Source: Aequorivita sp. (GTDB taxonomy: Bacteria; Bacteroidota; Bacteroidia; Flavobacteriales; Flavobacteriaceae). From it: a stretch of 64,000 nucleotides of DNA. The notes under the pieces were generated by a model. The model made no database searches, was not told where the DNA came from, and worked only from the letters and a program-made list of their open reading frames with translations. Shown in pieces: positions 50,195-61,473 of the stretch. The position numbers and the translations under genes are program-made. The first letter of the stretch is position 1. Each line of letters opens with the position of its first letter. The stretch is taken from assembly GCA_002715485.1 (NCBI GenBank), contig PAZL01000003.1, forward strand, positions 17,620-81,619, given 5' to 3'.

Positions 50195-51277
50195 ATGAAA
50201 AACACAGCACTTTCACACATACACGAACAATTGGGCGCCAAAATGGTACCGTTTGCGGGTTATAATATGCCCGTATCATACGAAGGCGTAAATGCAGAAC
50301 ACGAAACCGTGCGCAATGCAGTTGGAGTTTTTGACGTTTCGCATATGGGTGAATTTTTAATTACAGGGCCAAATGCGCTGGAATTAATTCAAAAAGTATG
50401 CAGCAATGATGTTTCAAAACTTGTGGATGGACAAGCACAGTACAACTGTCTTCCAAATGAAACAGACGGAATTGTTGACGATTTGATCGTTTACAAATTT
50501 GAGGAAGGAAAATATTTATTGGTGGTAAATGCTTCAAATATTGATAAAGATTGGGAATGGATATCAAAAAACAACACGATGGGCGCAGAAATGCGCAATC
50601 TCTCTGATGATTATTCGCTACTTGCCATTCAAGGTCCAAAAGCTGTTGAGGCTATGCAATCATTGACATCTGAAGATTTAAGTGCTATAAAATTTTATCA
50701 TTTTAAAGTAGCCGATTTTGCTGGAATAGAATACGTAATAATCAGCGCAACTGGATATACCGGAAGCGGTGGATTTGAAATTTATTGTAAAAACAGCGAA
50801 GTAGAACAAGTTTGGAATAAAATAATGGAAGCCGGAAAAGATTTCGGAATTAAACCGATTGGATTGGCCGCCCGTGATACCTTGCGTTTGGAGATGGGGT
50901 ATTGTCTTTACGGAAATGATATAAACGATACAACATCGCCATTGGAAGCAGGTTTAGGATGGATTACAAAATTCACAAAAGACTTTATCAATTCAGAAAA
51001 CCTAAAAAAGCAGAAAGAAGAAGGTGTAAAAAGAAAGCTTATAGGTTTTGAACTGAACGAACGTGGTATTCCGCGCCATGATTACGAAATTGTTGATAAA
51101 GAAGGAAAAAATATAGGGATTGTAACCAGTGGTACTATGGCACCTTCATTAAGCAAAGGCATAGGCATGGGTTATGTAACTACAGAAAACAGTGCGCCCG
51201 GCACCGAAATTTTTATTCAAATTAGAAATAAGCCAGTTGCAGCGACAATTGTGAAAACACCATTTTATAAAGGTTAA
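50195..51277 (+). CDS. gcvT: Glycine cleavage system aminomethyltransferase T
   Basis: [26 protein letters not shown]. Confidence 0.96.
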   Translation: MKNTALSHIHEQLGAKMVPFAGYNMPVSYEGVNAEHETVRNAVGVFDVSHMGEFLITGPNALELIQKVCSNDVSKLVDGQAQYNCLPNETDGIVDDLIVYKFEEGKYLLVVNASNIDKDWEWISKNNTMGAEMRNLSDDYSLLAIQGPKAVEAMQSLTSEDLSAIKFYHFKVADFAGIEYVIISATGYTGSGGFEIYCKNSEVEQVWNKIMEAGKDFGIKPIGLAARDTLRLEMGYCLYGNDINDTTSPLEAGLGWITKFTKDFINSENLKKQKEEGVKRKLIGFELNERGIPRHDYEIVDKEGKNIGIVTSGTMAPSLSKGIGMGYVTTENSAPGTEIFIQIRNKPVAATIVKTPFYKG

Positions 51278-52191
51278 TGTTGGATTATCAAGCAATTTTA
51301 GAAGAAATAAACACGTCACTCAAAAAGATTGAAAATACGGGTGAAGTTGCAAGTTATATTCCAGAATTGGCAAATGTTCCAAAGAATAAGCTGGGAATTC
51401 ACCTTCAATTAATTACGGGTGAAAACTATTCAATTGGCGATGCTTCTGAAAAATTTTCTATTCAAAGTATTTCAAAAGTGCTTTCACTTGCCAAAGCTTT
51501 TCAATTGGTGGGAAATGATTTGTTGGAACGCGTTGACGTGGAACCATCCGGAAACCCCTTCAATCATCTTTCGCTTTTGGAACTGGAGGATGGCATCCCC
51601 AGAAATCCGCTGATAAATTCGGGAGCTATCGTAATTGCTGATGTTCTGCTTTCGCACTTGAAAAATCCAAAAGAAGATTTTTTGAATTTTGTTCGGGAAT
51701 TGACCCACGACGAAACCATCACGTACAACGAAAAAGTTGCCGAATCTGAGCGCAGAACCGGCTTTAATAATTATGCGGCAGCCAATCTTTTGAAATCTTA
51801 TAGCAATCTAAACAACAAAGTTGAGGATGTTTTGGATTTTTATTTCCATCAATGTTCCATAATGATGGATTGCAGACAACTTACCAATGCTTTTTTTGTT
51901 TTTGCCAATAAAGGAAAGTGTTTAAAAAATGTTCAGCATTTAACTTCCAGCCAGGTAAAACGTATCAATGCAATTATGCTGACCTGCGGATTTTATGATG
52001 AAGCAGGAGAATTTGCCTTTGAGGTGGGCTTGCCCGGCAAAAGTGGCGTGGGCGGCGGAATAGTTGCACTTTTACCGCACTGTTTTACTATTGCAACCTG
52101 GGCTCCAGCATTGAACCCGAAAGGTAACTCATATTTGGGAATGCAGGCATTGGAGCAATTTACAACTAAAACGAAACTGTCTATTTTTTAA
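51277..52191 (+). CDS. glsA: Glutaminase
   Basis: VASYIPEL, FSIQSISK, NPLINSG, KSGVGGG, GNS. Confidence 0.95.
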   Translation: MLDYQAILEEINTSLKKIENTGEVASYIPELANVPKNKLGIHLQLITGENYSIGDASEKFSIQSISKVLSLAKAFQLVGNDLLERVDVEPSGNPFNHLSLLELEDGIPRNPLINSGAIVIADVLLSHLKNPKEDFLNFVRELTHDETITYNEKVAESERRTGFNNYAAANLLKSYSNLNNKVEDVLDFYFHQCSIMMDCRQLTNAFFVFANKGKCLKNVQHLTSSQVKRINAIMLTCGFYDEAGEFAFEVGLPGKSGVGGGIVALLPHCFTIATWAPALNPKGNSYLGMQALEQFTTKTKLSIF

Positions 52192-52209
52192 AGCGAAGAA
52201 AGAATTTTA

Positions 52210-53067
52210 ATGAAGAAGAAAGAAGAAAGACACCGAATTTTGATTTTGGGAGGCAGTGGCTTTATTGGCAATGCACTTTACAAAGAACTACTCTCCTATT
52301 TTGAAGTCCATTGTACCTATTGCCAACAACACGGCGCTTTTTCGGAAAATAAAGTCTTTTATAACTTTTGTGTAGAAGAAGATTCAATTTTTTTGTTGCT
52401 TAATAAAATTAAACCTACAATTATCATTTCATGCATTAATGGTGAAAGTAAAAGTCAGTTTAGTGCCCACAAAGAAATAGTCAACTATGCGTTGTTAAAT
52501 ACAGACTGTTCAATATTATATATTTCTTCCGCTGAAGTTTTTGACGGCAAATTTGCCCATCCTTCATATGAAAATGACATACCGATTTCACAAACTGAAG
52601 CCGGAAAGTTAAAAATTTCCATTGAAAAATTGCTTTTGGAAACCATTCCATTACAAACAACCATTGTACGATTGCCAATGGTACTGGGCATCAATTCGCC
52701 AGAGGTTCTTCACCTTCGTCAATGCATTCGACACAAAGCTTCTTTTGATGTTTATCCCAATTTGGTAATTACCGCAACCACAGTCAATAAGGTTTGCCAA
52801 CAAATACACTACATAGTAAATCAATCACTCCGTGGAATTTTTCATTTAGCGAGCAATGATATGGTTCATCACGAAGATCTTTTTAAGGAAATTACTTTAA
52901 AAATAGGTGCCAAAATGCCTATCTTTAAAAGTATTTTCAGCAGTAATGAAGACCACTATAATGCACTTCTCCCAAAGTATAACAAATTACCAAAAACACA
53001 TCAAATTACTGTATCACAGGTAATTGAGGAGTGTAGTCTAAACGAAGAGATTATATCTATTAAATAA
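52210..53067 (+). CDS. RmlD-like sugar-nucleotide-binding protein (catalytic YxxxK degenerate)
   Basis: ILGGSGFIG, YISSAEVFDG, AGKLK in place of YGxxK. Confidence 0.75.
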   Translation: MKKKEERHRILILGGSGFIGNALYKELLSYFEVHCTYCQQHGAFSENKVFYNFCVEEDSIFLLLNKIKPTIIISCINGESKSQFSAHKEIVNYALLNTDCSILYISSAEVFDGKFAHPSYENDIPISQTEAGKLKISIEKLLLETIPLQTTIVRLPMVLGINSPEVLHLRQCIRHKASFDVYPNLVITATTVNKVCQQIHYIVNQSLRGIFHLASNDMVHHEDLFKEITLKIGAKMPIFKSIFSSNEDHYNALLPKYNKLPKTHQITVSQVIEECSLNEEIISIK

Positions 53068-53077
53068 AAATAAAACT

Positions 53078-53359
53078 ATGAAAGCGTTATCTGAAAAAGA
53101 AATTAAAGAAAAATTGAAAGCATTTGAAGGCTGGGATCATCATGAAGGTGCACTACATACTATTTTTGAGTTTGAGGATTTTAAGGAAGCATTTTCGGCT
53201 ATGACACGCATTGCCTTTGAAGCTGAAAAATTACAGCACCATCCCGAATGGAGCAATGTTTATAATTCTTTGGAAATTTATCTTTCCACCCACGATGCCG
53301 ATGGAGTTACAGAAAAGGATTTTGAACTTGCAAAGATTATTGACGAACTTATTGGGTAG
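53078..53359 (+). CDS. phhB: Pterin-4a-carbinolamine dehydratase
   Basis: AEKLQHHPEW...STHDADGVTEKD. Confidence 0.93.
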   Translation: MKALSEKEIKEKLKAFEGWDHHEGALHTIFEFEDFKEAFSAMTRIAFEAEKLQHHPEWSNVYNSLEIYLSTHDADGVTEKDFELAKIIDELIG

Positions 53360-53422
53360 GTAGAAATAAAATTTGTAATGCCGTTCAAATTTTTAAATTT
53401 GCAATCAAAATAGTTTAAAATT

Positions 53423-54145
53423 ATGGGAAGAGCTTTTGAATTTAGAAAAGCAAGAAAAATGAAGCGTTGGTCTGCAATGTCCAAAGCTTTTACGCGTATT
53501 GGAAAAGACATTGTAATGGCAGTGAAGGAAGGGGGTCCCGATCCCGATGCCAACTCAAGGTTACGAGCGGTTATCCAAAACGCAAAGGCAGTGAATATGC
53601 CCAAAGAAAACGTGGAACGTGCCATAAAGCGTGCAAGCGATAAAAGTCTGGGCGATTATAAAGAAGTACTTTTTGAAGGCTACGCACCGCATGGTATTGC
53701 AATTTTAATAGAAACTGCAACAGATAACAATACCCGAACTGTTGCGAATATCCGCAGTTATTTTAATAAATGTGATGGCAGCTTGGGAACTTCAGGTTCT
53801 GTATCTTTTATGTTTGACCATACCTGCAACTTTCGAATAAATCCAGAAGGTTTGGATATTGAAGAGTTAGAACTTGAACTAATAGATCACGGTGTTGAGG
53901 AAATTTTTGAGGACGAAGATGGAATTATGATTTATGCACCATTTGAAAGCTTTGGCGCTATTCAATCCTATCTTGAAGAAAATAATATTGAAATACTCTC
54001 CTCTGGTTTTGAGCGTATTCCGCAGGTTACCAAAAAATTATCCGAAGAACATGCTGCAGATGTTGAAAAACTTCTCGAAAAAATAGAAGAAGACGATGAT
54101 GTACAAAATGTGTATCACACCATGGAGGAATCTTCTGAAGAATAA
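53423..54145 (+). CDS. yebC: YebC/PmpR family protein
   Basis: MGRAFEFRKARKMKRW, EGYAPHG, DDDVQNVYH. Confidence 0.95.
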   Translation: MGRAFEFRKARKMKRWSAMSKAFTRIGKDIVMAVKEGGPDPDANSRLRAVIQNAKAVNMPKENVERAIKRASDKSLGDYKEVLFEGYAPHGIAILIETATDNNTRTVANIRSYFNKCDGSLGTSGSVSFMFDHTCNFRINPEGLDIEELELELIDHGVEEIFEDEDGIMIYAPFESFGAIQSYLEENNIEILSSGFERIPQVTKKLSEEHAADVEKLLEKIEEDDDVQNVYHTMEESSEE

Positions 54146-54162
54146 TAATTTCTAATGAAAAG

Positions 54163-54189
54163 AAAAAGCCACCCAAAAGGTGGCTTTTT
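54163..54189. terminator. Bidirectional intrinsic terminator
   Basis: AAAAAGCCACC-CAAAA-GGTGGCTTTT. Confidence 0.85.
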
Positions 54190-54208
54190 ATATATATAAA
54201 GGTAAGTA

Positions 54209-55240
54209 TTATCTATCTATAAAATACAATGAAGATGCTCCTGGAAAAGGAGAACTAAAATTTGGAACCAAGTTACCCCCCGCTCCAATTTCATTGAAAA
54301 ACAATACTTTTCCGCCATCATTTGCCCTTTCGGCGATAAAAATTGTTTGGGTCGGACTATCATATTCAACAGCTACCGGGTTTCCTAAACCTGTAAGCGC
54401 GCCCGAAACCCTAACTTGATTTCCACTAACGCTTAGTGTACCGCCATCTGGTGTTGCGTCAAATTTTGAAACAAATCCACTAATAAAGTGGAAGCCTCCA
54501 TCGCTCTCATTAGCTGCATCACCAATATCTGTTAGTATTACAAAACCTCCATCTTCGGTAATTCCGTGAGTACGTGTAATGCCTTCAATAGTAATCTGCT
54601 TATCAGGAGTAGCTGTAACATCAGTAGTATAGTTTGAAGTGAAATTTTTCAAAACAGCAACATCTGCTGTTTTATCAACAACTGTATAAAGATCATTTCC
54701 TATTAATTGAATTCCCCAAACCGCATAGTTTACGGTTACGATATTTCGCAAAGTGAATGCCATGGTGTCTTTTGTAAAAATAAAAAACCTCCCTTCATCA
54801 GTATTAGGATCGCCATCTGTATCGGCATTGTCAGATACTATATAGAAATTATCTTTAACAGCAATATCTCTTGGGCTATCAAGAACCACATCGCTCGATG
54901 CCAATAGATTTAAGGTTTCGTTGGCAGGTGTTTGATCAATATTCTGAAATGTATTAATTACTTTTTGTTCCCTGGACAGTACCGTTAATTCATTTGCGGC
55001 CTCATCGTAAAAAATTCCTTCATTATCATTAGAACTGATATTAAATGGACGAAGGACTATACCATTTGGCGTAAAGTCATAAGAATAGATAGTGTTACTC
55101 GTGTTACTCGTAGCATATAAATTTGCCAAAATTGTAATTGGAGGAGTATCGCCTCCGCCACCGTTTTCATCATCATTACTGCACGAAACAGCTGATATTG
55201 CCAATGCTAAAATTGGTATTAGATATTTTATTTTTTTCAT
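54209..55240 (-). CDS. Surface lipoprotein, probable beta-propeller
   Basis: Lipobox AVSC followed by acidic export signal SNDDE; repeated blades (SPRDIAV, NPVAVEYD). Confidence 0.7.
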   Translation of the reverse strand: MKKIKYLIPILALAISAVSCSNDDENGGGGDTPPITILANLYATSNTSNTIYSYDFTPNGIVLRPFNISSNDNEGIFYDEAANELTVLSREQKVINTFQNIDQTPANETLNLLASSDVVLDSPRDIAVKDNFYIVSDNADTDGDPNTDEGRFFIFTKDTMAFTLRNIVTVNYAVWGIQLIGNDLYTVVDKTADVAVLKNFTSNYTTDVTATPDKQITIEGITRTHGITEDGGFVILTDIGDAANESDGGFHFISGFVSKFDATPDGGTLSVSGNQVRVSGALTGLGNPVAVEYDSPTQTIFIAERANDGGKVLFFNEIGAGGNLVPNFSSPFPGASSLYFIDR

Positions 55241-55456
55241 TTGTATCATATTAAAGTTTAAAAATTTAAAAGTTCGGTTTGTAAATTCATTTACACTAAA
55301 ATTAAAGTGAGTTTTAAATTCTAATGATTCACATAAATAATATTAAGAATTTATAATGAAAAATTTTTTAGAATGCTTAACTAATATTTAACAACAATTT
55401 ATTGATTATCAAAAAGTTATGTATTTCAAAAAATACATTGTTTTAACATTTCTGTT

Positions 55457-55993
55457 CTAAGAGTAGGCCTTGTTTTTCCCCACAATACCCTTATAAAAAG
55501 AGCGCAGTTTTATAGTATCTTCGTCTATATTGCCAGTGGGATAAAATGGTTCGTTTATAATAACTTTCTTTGTTATATAATCAAAGGCTACAGGAATAAT
55601 TGGAACGTTTGAGGCTAAAGCAATATAATAATACCCTGTTCTCCAAACGGATACTTTTTTTCGGGTTCCTTCTGGAGATAAAGCCAAGCGAAATTCTTTC
55701 TTCTTTTTAAATATTTGAGCAATTGCCTCTACTTGGTTTTGCCCAGGGCTTCTATCTAATGGTGCTCCGCCCATCCACCGAAAATACCAACCAAAGGGCC
55801 ATCGAAACAATTCCTTTTTAGCAATATAATTAATTTCAGTTTTCAGAATTTTTCTGGTAAATGCTCCAATATAGAAATCGTGCCAGCTAGTGTGAGGCAC
55901 AACTATTACAACAGCCTTTTTAATAGAAGGATTGAAAGAACCTTCAATTTTCCAGCCCATTAATTTTTCAAAAATAAATTTTGTCAGCCCCAT
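55457..55993 (-). CDS. PlsC-family acyltransferase
   Basis: PHTSWHD, PEGTR. Confidence 0.9.
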   Translation of the reverse strand: MGLTKFIFEKLMGWKIEGSFNPSIKKAVVIVVPHTSWHDFYIGAFTRKILKTEINYIAKKELFRWPFGWYFRWMGGAPLDRSPGQNQVEAIAQIFKKKKEFRLALSPEGTRKKVSVWRTGYYYIALASNVPIIPVAFDYITKKVIINEPFYPTGNIDEDTIKLRSFYKGIVGKNKAYS

Positions 55994-56009
55994 TGAAATG
56001 TTAGTATTG

Positions 56010-57839
56010 TTACATCTTTAGATACAATTCTCTAAGTTTTTCTGGGGTTATGATAGTTTCCCAATTATTTCCAAGAGCATTTTCCCATAGCGGAACCATT
56101 CCTAAAGCTACCGAAATCATGGTATCCATTTGTTCTTCGGAAAGAGCTTTGCAAATTGCTTGTGGAATTTCAACATCGTGTTTTTTTACCATTTGTTTGA
56201 ATAAAGCCACATCTTTCGGGTAAAATTCCTCTAAATGCTGAAAAACAATACAATTACCTATACCGTGCTTTGTACCCAACACATAACCAAGGCCATAACT
56301 CATTGCATGGGCAACACCCACTTGTGAATATGCGATACTCATACCTCCGTGCCAAGACGCCATCATTAACTTGGCGCGTGATTCTTCTTCTGAAAGAGAA
56401 TTACCTAAGAATATTTCCAAACATAGATCATATGCCTTTTCCCCGTAACTCTGGCTGAAGGCGTTTAAAAATGTACCATTTAAAGATTCCACACAGTGGA
56501 TAAAGCAATCCATACCGGTATAAAACCATTGGTTTTTTGGAACGCCGATAGTTAAGTTCGGATCAAGAATTACTTGATCAAAAGGAGTAAAATCACTGTT
56601 TATGCCAAGTTTGCGCACAGGCCCAGTAAGGACCGTTGTACGGGAAACTTCAGCACCTGTTCCGGAAATGGTTGGTATTCCCACATGATATACTGCCTTT
56701 TGCTTTACCAAATCCCAACCTTGGTAGTCGGCAGCGCTTCCCTTGTTTATTAACATAATTGAGACTGCTTTTGCAAGGTCCATCACTGTACCGCCACCAA
56801 TGCCAATTATTCCCGAAGGTGTAAATGTAAATTCTGTTTTTATATCTTTCACCAAATCATCCACCTGTGATGTTTTTGGTTCTTCTTCGGCAGAAACGAA
56901 TATTAATTTATCATTAAAACGAAGGTTTATTCTATCTAAAAATTCAGAATTCTCTTTAAATACATCATCTACTAAAAATATAAACGGGGCTTTTTCCTTC
57001 TTTTGGGTAGAGAGGATATTTCCCAATTGATCAAAACAGCCTTCCCCAAAAACCACTTTGGGCACCATTGGAAAATTACGGAACTTATTGTTCACAGCAT
57101 CCGGTTTACTTTCCTTCAAAAGTTTATTTGCCCTAATTAGGTCTTCGGGAGTGTCAATTTCAACGCCAGTTGTATTTGAAACTGCTATTTTTATATTCTT
57201 CCCGTATTCCAAATAACGTATGCATTCTATCTTCTCAACCGCTTCCAGAGAACGCATTGGCAAGCGATAAAAGTCCATAATGGCTTGTTTTCTAAATGCG
57301 TAAATTCCTTTATGCTTATAATATTGGATTGCCACATTTTTATCGCGAGGGTATGGAATGGGTGAACGTGAAAAATAAAGTGCAAAATTGTCCTTATCTA
57401 CAATTACTTTTACGGTGTTTGGGTCATTGATTTCTTTCCAATCGTGTATTTCGGACATCAATGAAGCCAAATCAATTTTTTCTGCATCGGGTTCATTGAA
57501 CACTGCCAACACTTTTTCCAAGCCCTCACGGCTAGTAAAAGGTTCGTCGCCTTGAACGTTTACCACAATATCCACATCCATATGTTCCACGGCCTCGGCA
57601 ATACGGTCACTTCCGCAGTCGTGCTCCTTATGGCTCATGATTGCCTTGCCGCCGTTAGCTTCAATTTCTTTGAAAATCACATCACTATCTGTAACCACAT
57701 ATACTTCATCAAAGAGATTTGTTGCTTTTGCAGCTTCATACGTTCTAACTATTACGGGTTTACCCGCCAAATCTTGCATTAATTTTCCAGGAAACCGCGA
57801 AGCACCATATCGTGCTGGGATCATTGCTATTATTTTCAA
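56010..57839 (-). CDS. kdsB: Fused CMP-Kdo synthetase (KdsB) plus Fe-ADH-family Kdo 8-oxidase (KdnB-like)
   Basis: N-terminal [39 protein letters not shown]-terminal [52 protein letters not shown]. Confidence 0.88.
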   Translation of the reverse strand: MKIIAMIPARYGASRFPGKLMQDLAGKPVIVRTYEAAKATNLFDEVYVVTDSDVIFKEIEANGGKAIMSHKEHDCGSDRIAEAVEHMDVDIVVNVQGDEPFTSREGLEKVLAVFNEPDAEKIDLASLMSEIHDWKEINDPNTVKVIVDKDNFALYFSRSPIPYPRDKNVAIQYYKHKGIYAFRKQAIMDFYRLPMRSLEAVEKIECIRYLEYGKNIKIAVSNTTGVEIDTPEDLIRANKLLKESKPDAVNNKFRNFPMVPKVVFGEGCFDQLGNILSTQKKEKAPFIFLVDDVFKENSEFLDRINLRFNDKLIFVSAEEEPKTSQVDDLVKDIKTEFTFTPSGIIGIGGGTVMDLAKAVSIMLINKGSAADYQGWDLVKQKAVYHVGIPTISGTGAEVSRTTVLTGPVRKLGINSDFTPFDQVILDPNLTIGVPKNQWFYTGMDCFIHCVESLNGTFLNAFSQSYGEKAYDLCLEIFLGNSLSEEESRAKLMMASWHGGMSIAYSQVGVAHAMSYGLGYVLGTKHGIGNCIVFQHLEEFYPKDVALFKQMVKKHDVEIPQAICKALSEEQMDTMISVALGMVPLWENALGNNWETIITPEKLRELYLKM

Positions 57840-57876
57840 GTCGAAGTTTTTAAAAATGATTTCAAAAATAAGAAGT

Positions 57877-58455
57877 TTAAGTTGGTGGCAATCTTTTTTT
57901 GCGAAGCTTTTTATAGAATCGGAATATCACAAAAAACAAAAATACCACAAGTACAAAAGCCAAAATAGGTATAAATATTGAAGCAAATGCCATAACTGCA
58001 GCAATTGCCGTTTCAACGGTTGCTAATATAGGGTTAGCCGTACCAGCTGTTGTCGCGGTTGAGGTTAACCGTGCTGCGGAAGCATTTCCTTTAATTGCTG
58101 CAGCCGTGCCACCACCGGCGATAATAGCCAAAGACCACGTAACTACTGGGCTCAGATCTGCAACCGTTGCAACCATAACGGCAGTTCCAGCCAAAGTTGC
58201 CAAGGGCAATGCTATCGTATCCAGTAGATTGTCGAGCCAAGGAATGTAATATCCAAATATTTCAACGACAGTTGCAACACCCATAGTTATCACAGCCGTC
58301 AAGCTTCCCATCCATTGCCAGCTTTCATTTAAAGGGATAACTTCATAATAACCGGCTAAGCTCAAAACCAGTAATGGCAAGAAAACACGGAAGCCTACGG
58401 CAGCGGCCAAACCGATGCCCAAAAAAATACTGATGAAGATTTCCAAGTTTTCCAT
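57877..58455 (-). CDS. DUF4126 family membrane protein
   Basis: [26 protein letters not shown]. Confidence 0.88.
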   Translation of the reverse strand: MENLEIFISIFLGIGLAAAVGFRVFLPLLVLSLAGYYEVIPLNESWQWMGSLTAVITMGVATVVEIFGYYIPWLDNLLDTIALPLATLAGTAVMVATVADLSPVVTWSLAIIAGGGTAAAIKGNASAARLTSTATTAGTANPILATVETAIAAVMAFASIFIPILAFVLVVFLFFVIFRFYKKLRKKRLPPT

Positions 58456-58461
58456 GAATTA

Positions 58462-59886
58462 CTAATCTACAAAAAATTCATCCTTAAAACCTATTAAATA
58501 CAACTTTTCGCGGGCACGGGTTACTGCTGTATAAAGCCAACGCAAGTATTCTTTATCAATACCATTAGGAAGATATGGCTGCTCCACAAAAACAGTGTTC
58601 CATTGCCCTCCCTGAGATTTGTGACAAGTAATGGCATAACTGAACTTCACTTGTAGGGCATTAAAATATTTATTGTTCTTTACAGCTAAAAATTTCTTGT
58701 ATTTAGATTTTTCAGTTGCGTAATCCTTCAAAACTTCTTGATAAAGTTTGTTGGATTCATCATAGGTGAGCGAAGGGCTTTCAGATGTTAATGTGTCTAA
58801 AAGAAGTACGGTTTCCAAAGGCTTCATATTTGGATAATCGACCATTCTGATTTTAACTTCCGCAAAGCGGAAACCGTATAATTCCTTGAAAGCGAAAATT
58901 TCCAAAACCTCAATTATATCTCCATTGGCAATAAATCCGGCTTCACTGGTATTATCAACCCAAAAATAATTGTTTTTCACAACCATTAAATAATCACCCG
59001 CCGATAGCTCTGATTCCTGAAAAAGGATGCGCTCGCGAATGCTTTGATTGTAAAGATTTGCCCGTTTGTTTGAACGTACTATAATAACAGTATCTTCATT
59101 TCCTAAGGAAGAATAGCTATCGCTAATGGCATCCATAATTTCTTGGCCATCTGTAGGACGAATAATGTCTGGAAAGTTTACTTCTGAAAATTTAAATGCT
59201 CCATATAATTCATCTTCAAGGCGTTCCCTAATTCTTGTAGCATTTTCAAGTATGCCACTATCTTTTTGCTGACGTACAACTTCATCCAATTCAAGTTTTA
59301 TAACTTCACGGTTATATTGGTTTTCAAGTAAATGTGAATCGAGCGCAGGGCTTATATCTAAATACACCGGCGGTAATTGTGCAGAATCTCCAATCAAAAG
59401 TAGCCTGCAATTATTGCCGCTATAAACGTACTGCATCAAATCGTCTAACAGGGAACCGTTTTCAAATAATTTTGAATCTTGATTAATATCAGGAATCATT
59501 GAAGCTTCATCTACAATAAAAATAGTATCGCGATGTTTGTTTTGCTGTAAATTGAAGGAAACCGACCCCTTCTCACTTTTTGGAAAATATATTTTTTTGT
59601 GAATCGTAAAAGCCTGCTTGTTTGAATAATTGCTTATTACTTTTGCAGCCCTTCCCGTTGGTGCCAATAGCACAGAACGTTTTTTTACTTTGGACAGATT
59701 TTTAACCAACGAACCTACAATGGTCGTTTTTCCGGTTCCTGCATATCCTTTTAATAAAAACGTTTCATTTTTGTTCGTGCCAAGCACAAATTTCGCCAAC
59801 AATTGTAGCGCAATATCCTGTTTAGGGGTGGTGGTATGTGGAAAATCATTTTTTAAAAAACTGTAAAATTCTGATACATTCATCAT
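58462..59886 (-). CDS. RecD-like SF1 ATP-dependent DNA helicase
   Basis: GYAGTGKT, APTGRAA, VDEASM, GDSAQLPP, YAITCHKSQG, YTAVTRA. Confidence 0.92.
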   Translation of the reverse strand: MMNVSEFYSFLKNDFPHTTTPKQDIALQLLAKFVLGTNKNETFLLKGYAGTGKTTIVGSLVKNLSKVKKRSVLLAPTGRAAKVISNYSNKQAFTIHKKIYFPKSEKGSVSFNLQQNKHRDTIFIVDEASMIPDINQDSKLFENGSLLDDLMQYVYSGNNCRLLLIGDSAQLPPVYLDISPALDSHLLENQYNREVIKLELDEVVRQQKDSGILENATRIRERLEDELYGAFKFSEVNFPDIIRPTDGQEIMDAISDSYSSLGNEDTVIIVRSNKRANLYNQSIRERILFQESELSAGDYLMVVKNNYFWVDNTSEAGFIANGDIIEVLEIFAFKELYGFRFAEVKIRMVDYPNMKPLETVLLLDTLTSESPSLTYDESNKLYQEVLKDYATEKSKYKKFLAVKNNKYFNALQVKFSYAITCHKSQGGQWNTVFVEQPYLPNGIDKEYLRWLYTAVTRAREKLYLIGFKDEFFVD

Positions 59887-60011
59887 TCACTACTATCAAT
59901 GAGGGTTTAAAGATAGGTATGATTTTTTCGGAATATACTTTTGTGAACAAAAAAAAATTGTAGATTTGCGATAGACCTTTTAGTAAAATCAACACTTAAA
60001 TAATATCAATA

Positions 60012-60674
60012 ATGAAATTAGTAATTCAGATTGTTCTTTGGATTGTCATCATCTTTTTGGGCTGGAAATTGTGGAACTCGGTTATGGGCCCGGTGGAATT
60101 CAATAAAATTAAAGAAGCTCGCTACGTAAAAGTAATTGAGAATTTAAAAGACATTCAGGCTGCCGAACTTGCACACAAGGAGATAACAGGAAGTTTTACA
60201 GGTGATTGGGACAGTTTGATAAACTTTATAGATACCGCAAAGTTTGCCATCACACAAAGACGTGACACCAGTTATGCCGATGTTGCTAAAAACAAAGCCT
60301 TCGGAATTAGTGAAGGTTACTTTATTGAAGAATCCCTAATAGATACTTTAGGCTTTACTCCCGTTAAAGATTCCCTTTACGGAAATACAAATAGATATAA
60401 AACTATGATGAATGTTCCAGTGGAAGGAGTAGATGCTAAGTTTGACCTAAAAGCTGGAAAAATTGAGAAAAACGAAGCTACTTACTCAGTTTTTGAAGCT
60501 AAAGTTTCAAAAAAGATAGTGCTGGGTGATTTGGATAAAGACCTATTAACACAAGAATTACAGGTACAATCTGTAGATGGTGTTAATGGCCCAGATATTA
60601 AAGTAGGTTCTCTTGAAGACGTTAATACTTCTGGAAACTGGCCAAAAATTTACGATGCACCAAAAGACAAATAA
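60012..60674 (+). CDS. Conserved Bacteroidota membrane-anchored hypothetical protein
   Basis: N-terminal TM; LKDI, KVGSL...SGNWP. Confidence 0.8.
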   Translation: MKLVIQIVLWIVIIFLGWKLWNSVMGPVEFNKIKEARYVKVIENLKDIQAAELAHKEITGSFTGDWDSLINFIDTAKFAITQRRDTSYADVAKNKAFGISEGYFIEESLIDTLGFTPVKDSLYGNTNRYKTMMNVPVEGVDAKFDLKAGKIEKNEATYSVFEAKVSKKIVLGDLDKDLLTQELQVQSVDGVNGPDIKVGSLEDVNTSGNWPKIYDAPKDK

Positions 60675-61473
60675 TATAATCAATACAATAAATAATAGAC
60701 TGTCCGTTCAAATATCTTTGAACGGGCTTTCTTTTTTAGTGACAAACCCAGCGAGTGAAGATCCAATTTTTTTTAAAGAAAAAGTATTGGATCACAGTAC
60801 CACGCCCGAGGAACTGTTAATGGATATTGAATCCATTATGTTCAAGAATGATATATTGAATACTGATTTTGCTGAAGTTTCTGTTGTTTACTCTACCCCC
60901 ATTTATAGTTTGGTTCCCGCACCCTTGTTTGATGAAACTAAGGCCAGCGAATACTTAAAATTCAATTCAAAAATATTGGCAAATGATTATATGGCGCATG
61001 ATTTAATTGAAAACCACAACATCATCGTGGTCTATGTGCCATTTATGAACATCAACAATTTTTTCTTTGAAAAATATGGCTCCTTTGATTATTACCATTC
61101 TATTTCCATAATGCTGAAAACAATTCTCGAAAATGAAAAGTACTCACTTCCTAAAATGTATTTGCATTTTCAGAAAAACAGCTTTGACTGCATAGTTTTG
61201 AAAAATGGCGAGCTTCAACTTTGCAATAGCTATTCCTATAAAACCCCTGAAGACTTTATCTATTATACACTTTTCTGTATGGAGCAATTAAACCTAAACC
61301 CAGAAACTCTTCCGGTAATGTTTTGTGGCGAAATTGAAAAAGATGATAAAAATTTCAAAATTGCCTATGCCTATATACGAAATTTGGAGTTTATGGATTC
61401 AAATTTTTCTAAGGCAAAACACTTGGATAATGATAAACCACACAATCATTTTATACTAAAACACATGCTCTAA
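60655..61473 (+). CDS. DUF3822 family protein
   Basis: LSVQISLNGLSF, SLVP..LF, EDFIYYTLF; ATG 60655 overlaps upstream gene. Confidence 0.85.
   Translation: MHQKTNNIINTINNRLSVQISLNGLSFLVTNPASEDPIFFKEKVLDHSTTPEELLMDIESIMFKNDILNTDFAEVSVVYSTPIYSLVPAPLFDETKASEYLKFNSKILANDYMAHDLIENHNIIVVYVPFMNINNFFFEKYGSFDYYHSISIMLKTILENEKYSLPKMYLHFQKNSFDCIVLKNGELQLCNSYSYKTPEDFIYYTLFCMEQLNLNPETLPVMFCGEIEKDDKNFKIAYAYIRNLEFMDSNFSKAKHLDNDKPHNHFILKHML

Noticed and set aside
55419-55438. ATGTATTT-CAAA-AAATACAT inverted repeat
   Set aside because: It is very AT-rich and short; it could be a weak terminator or chance, and no function can be supported.
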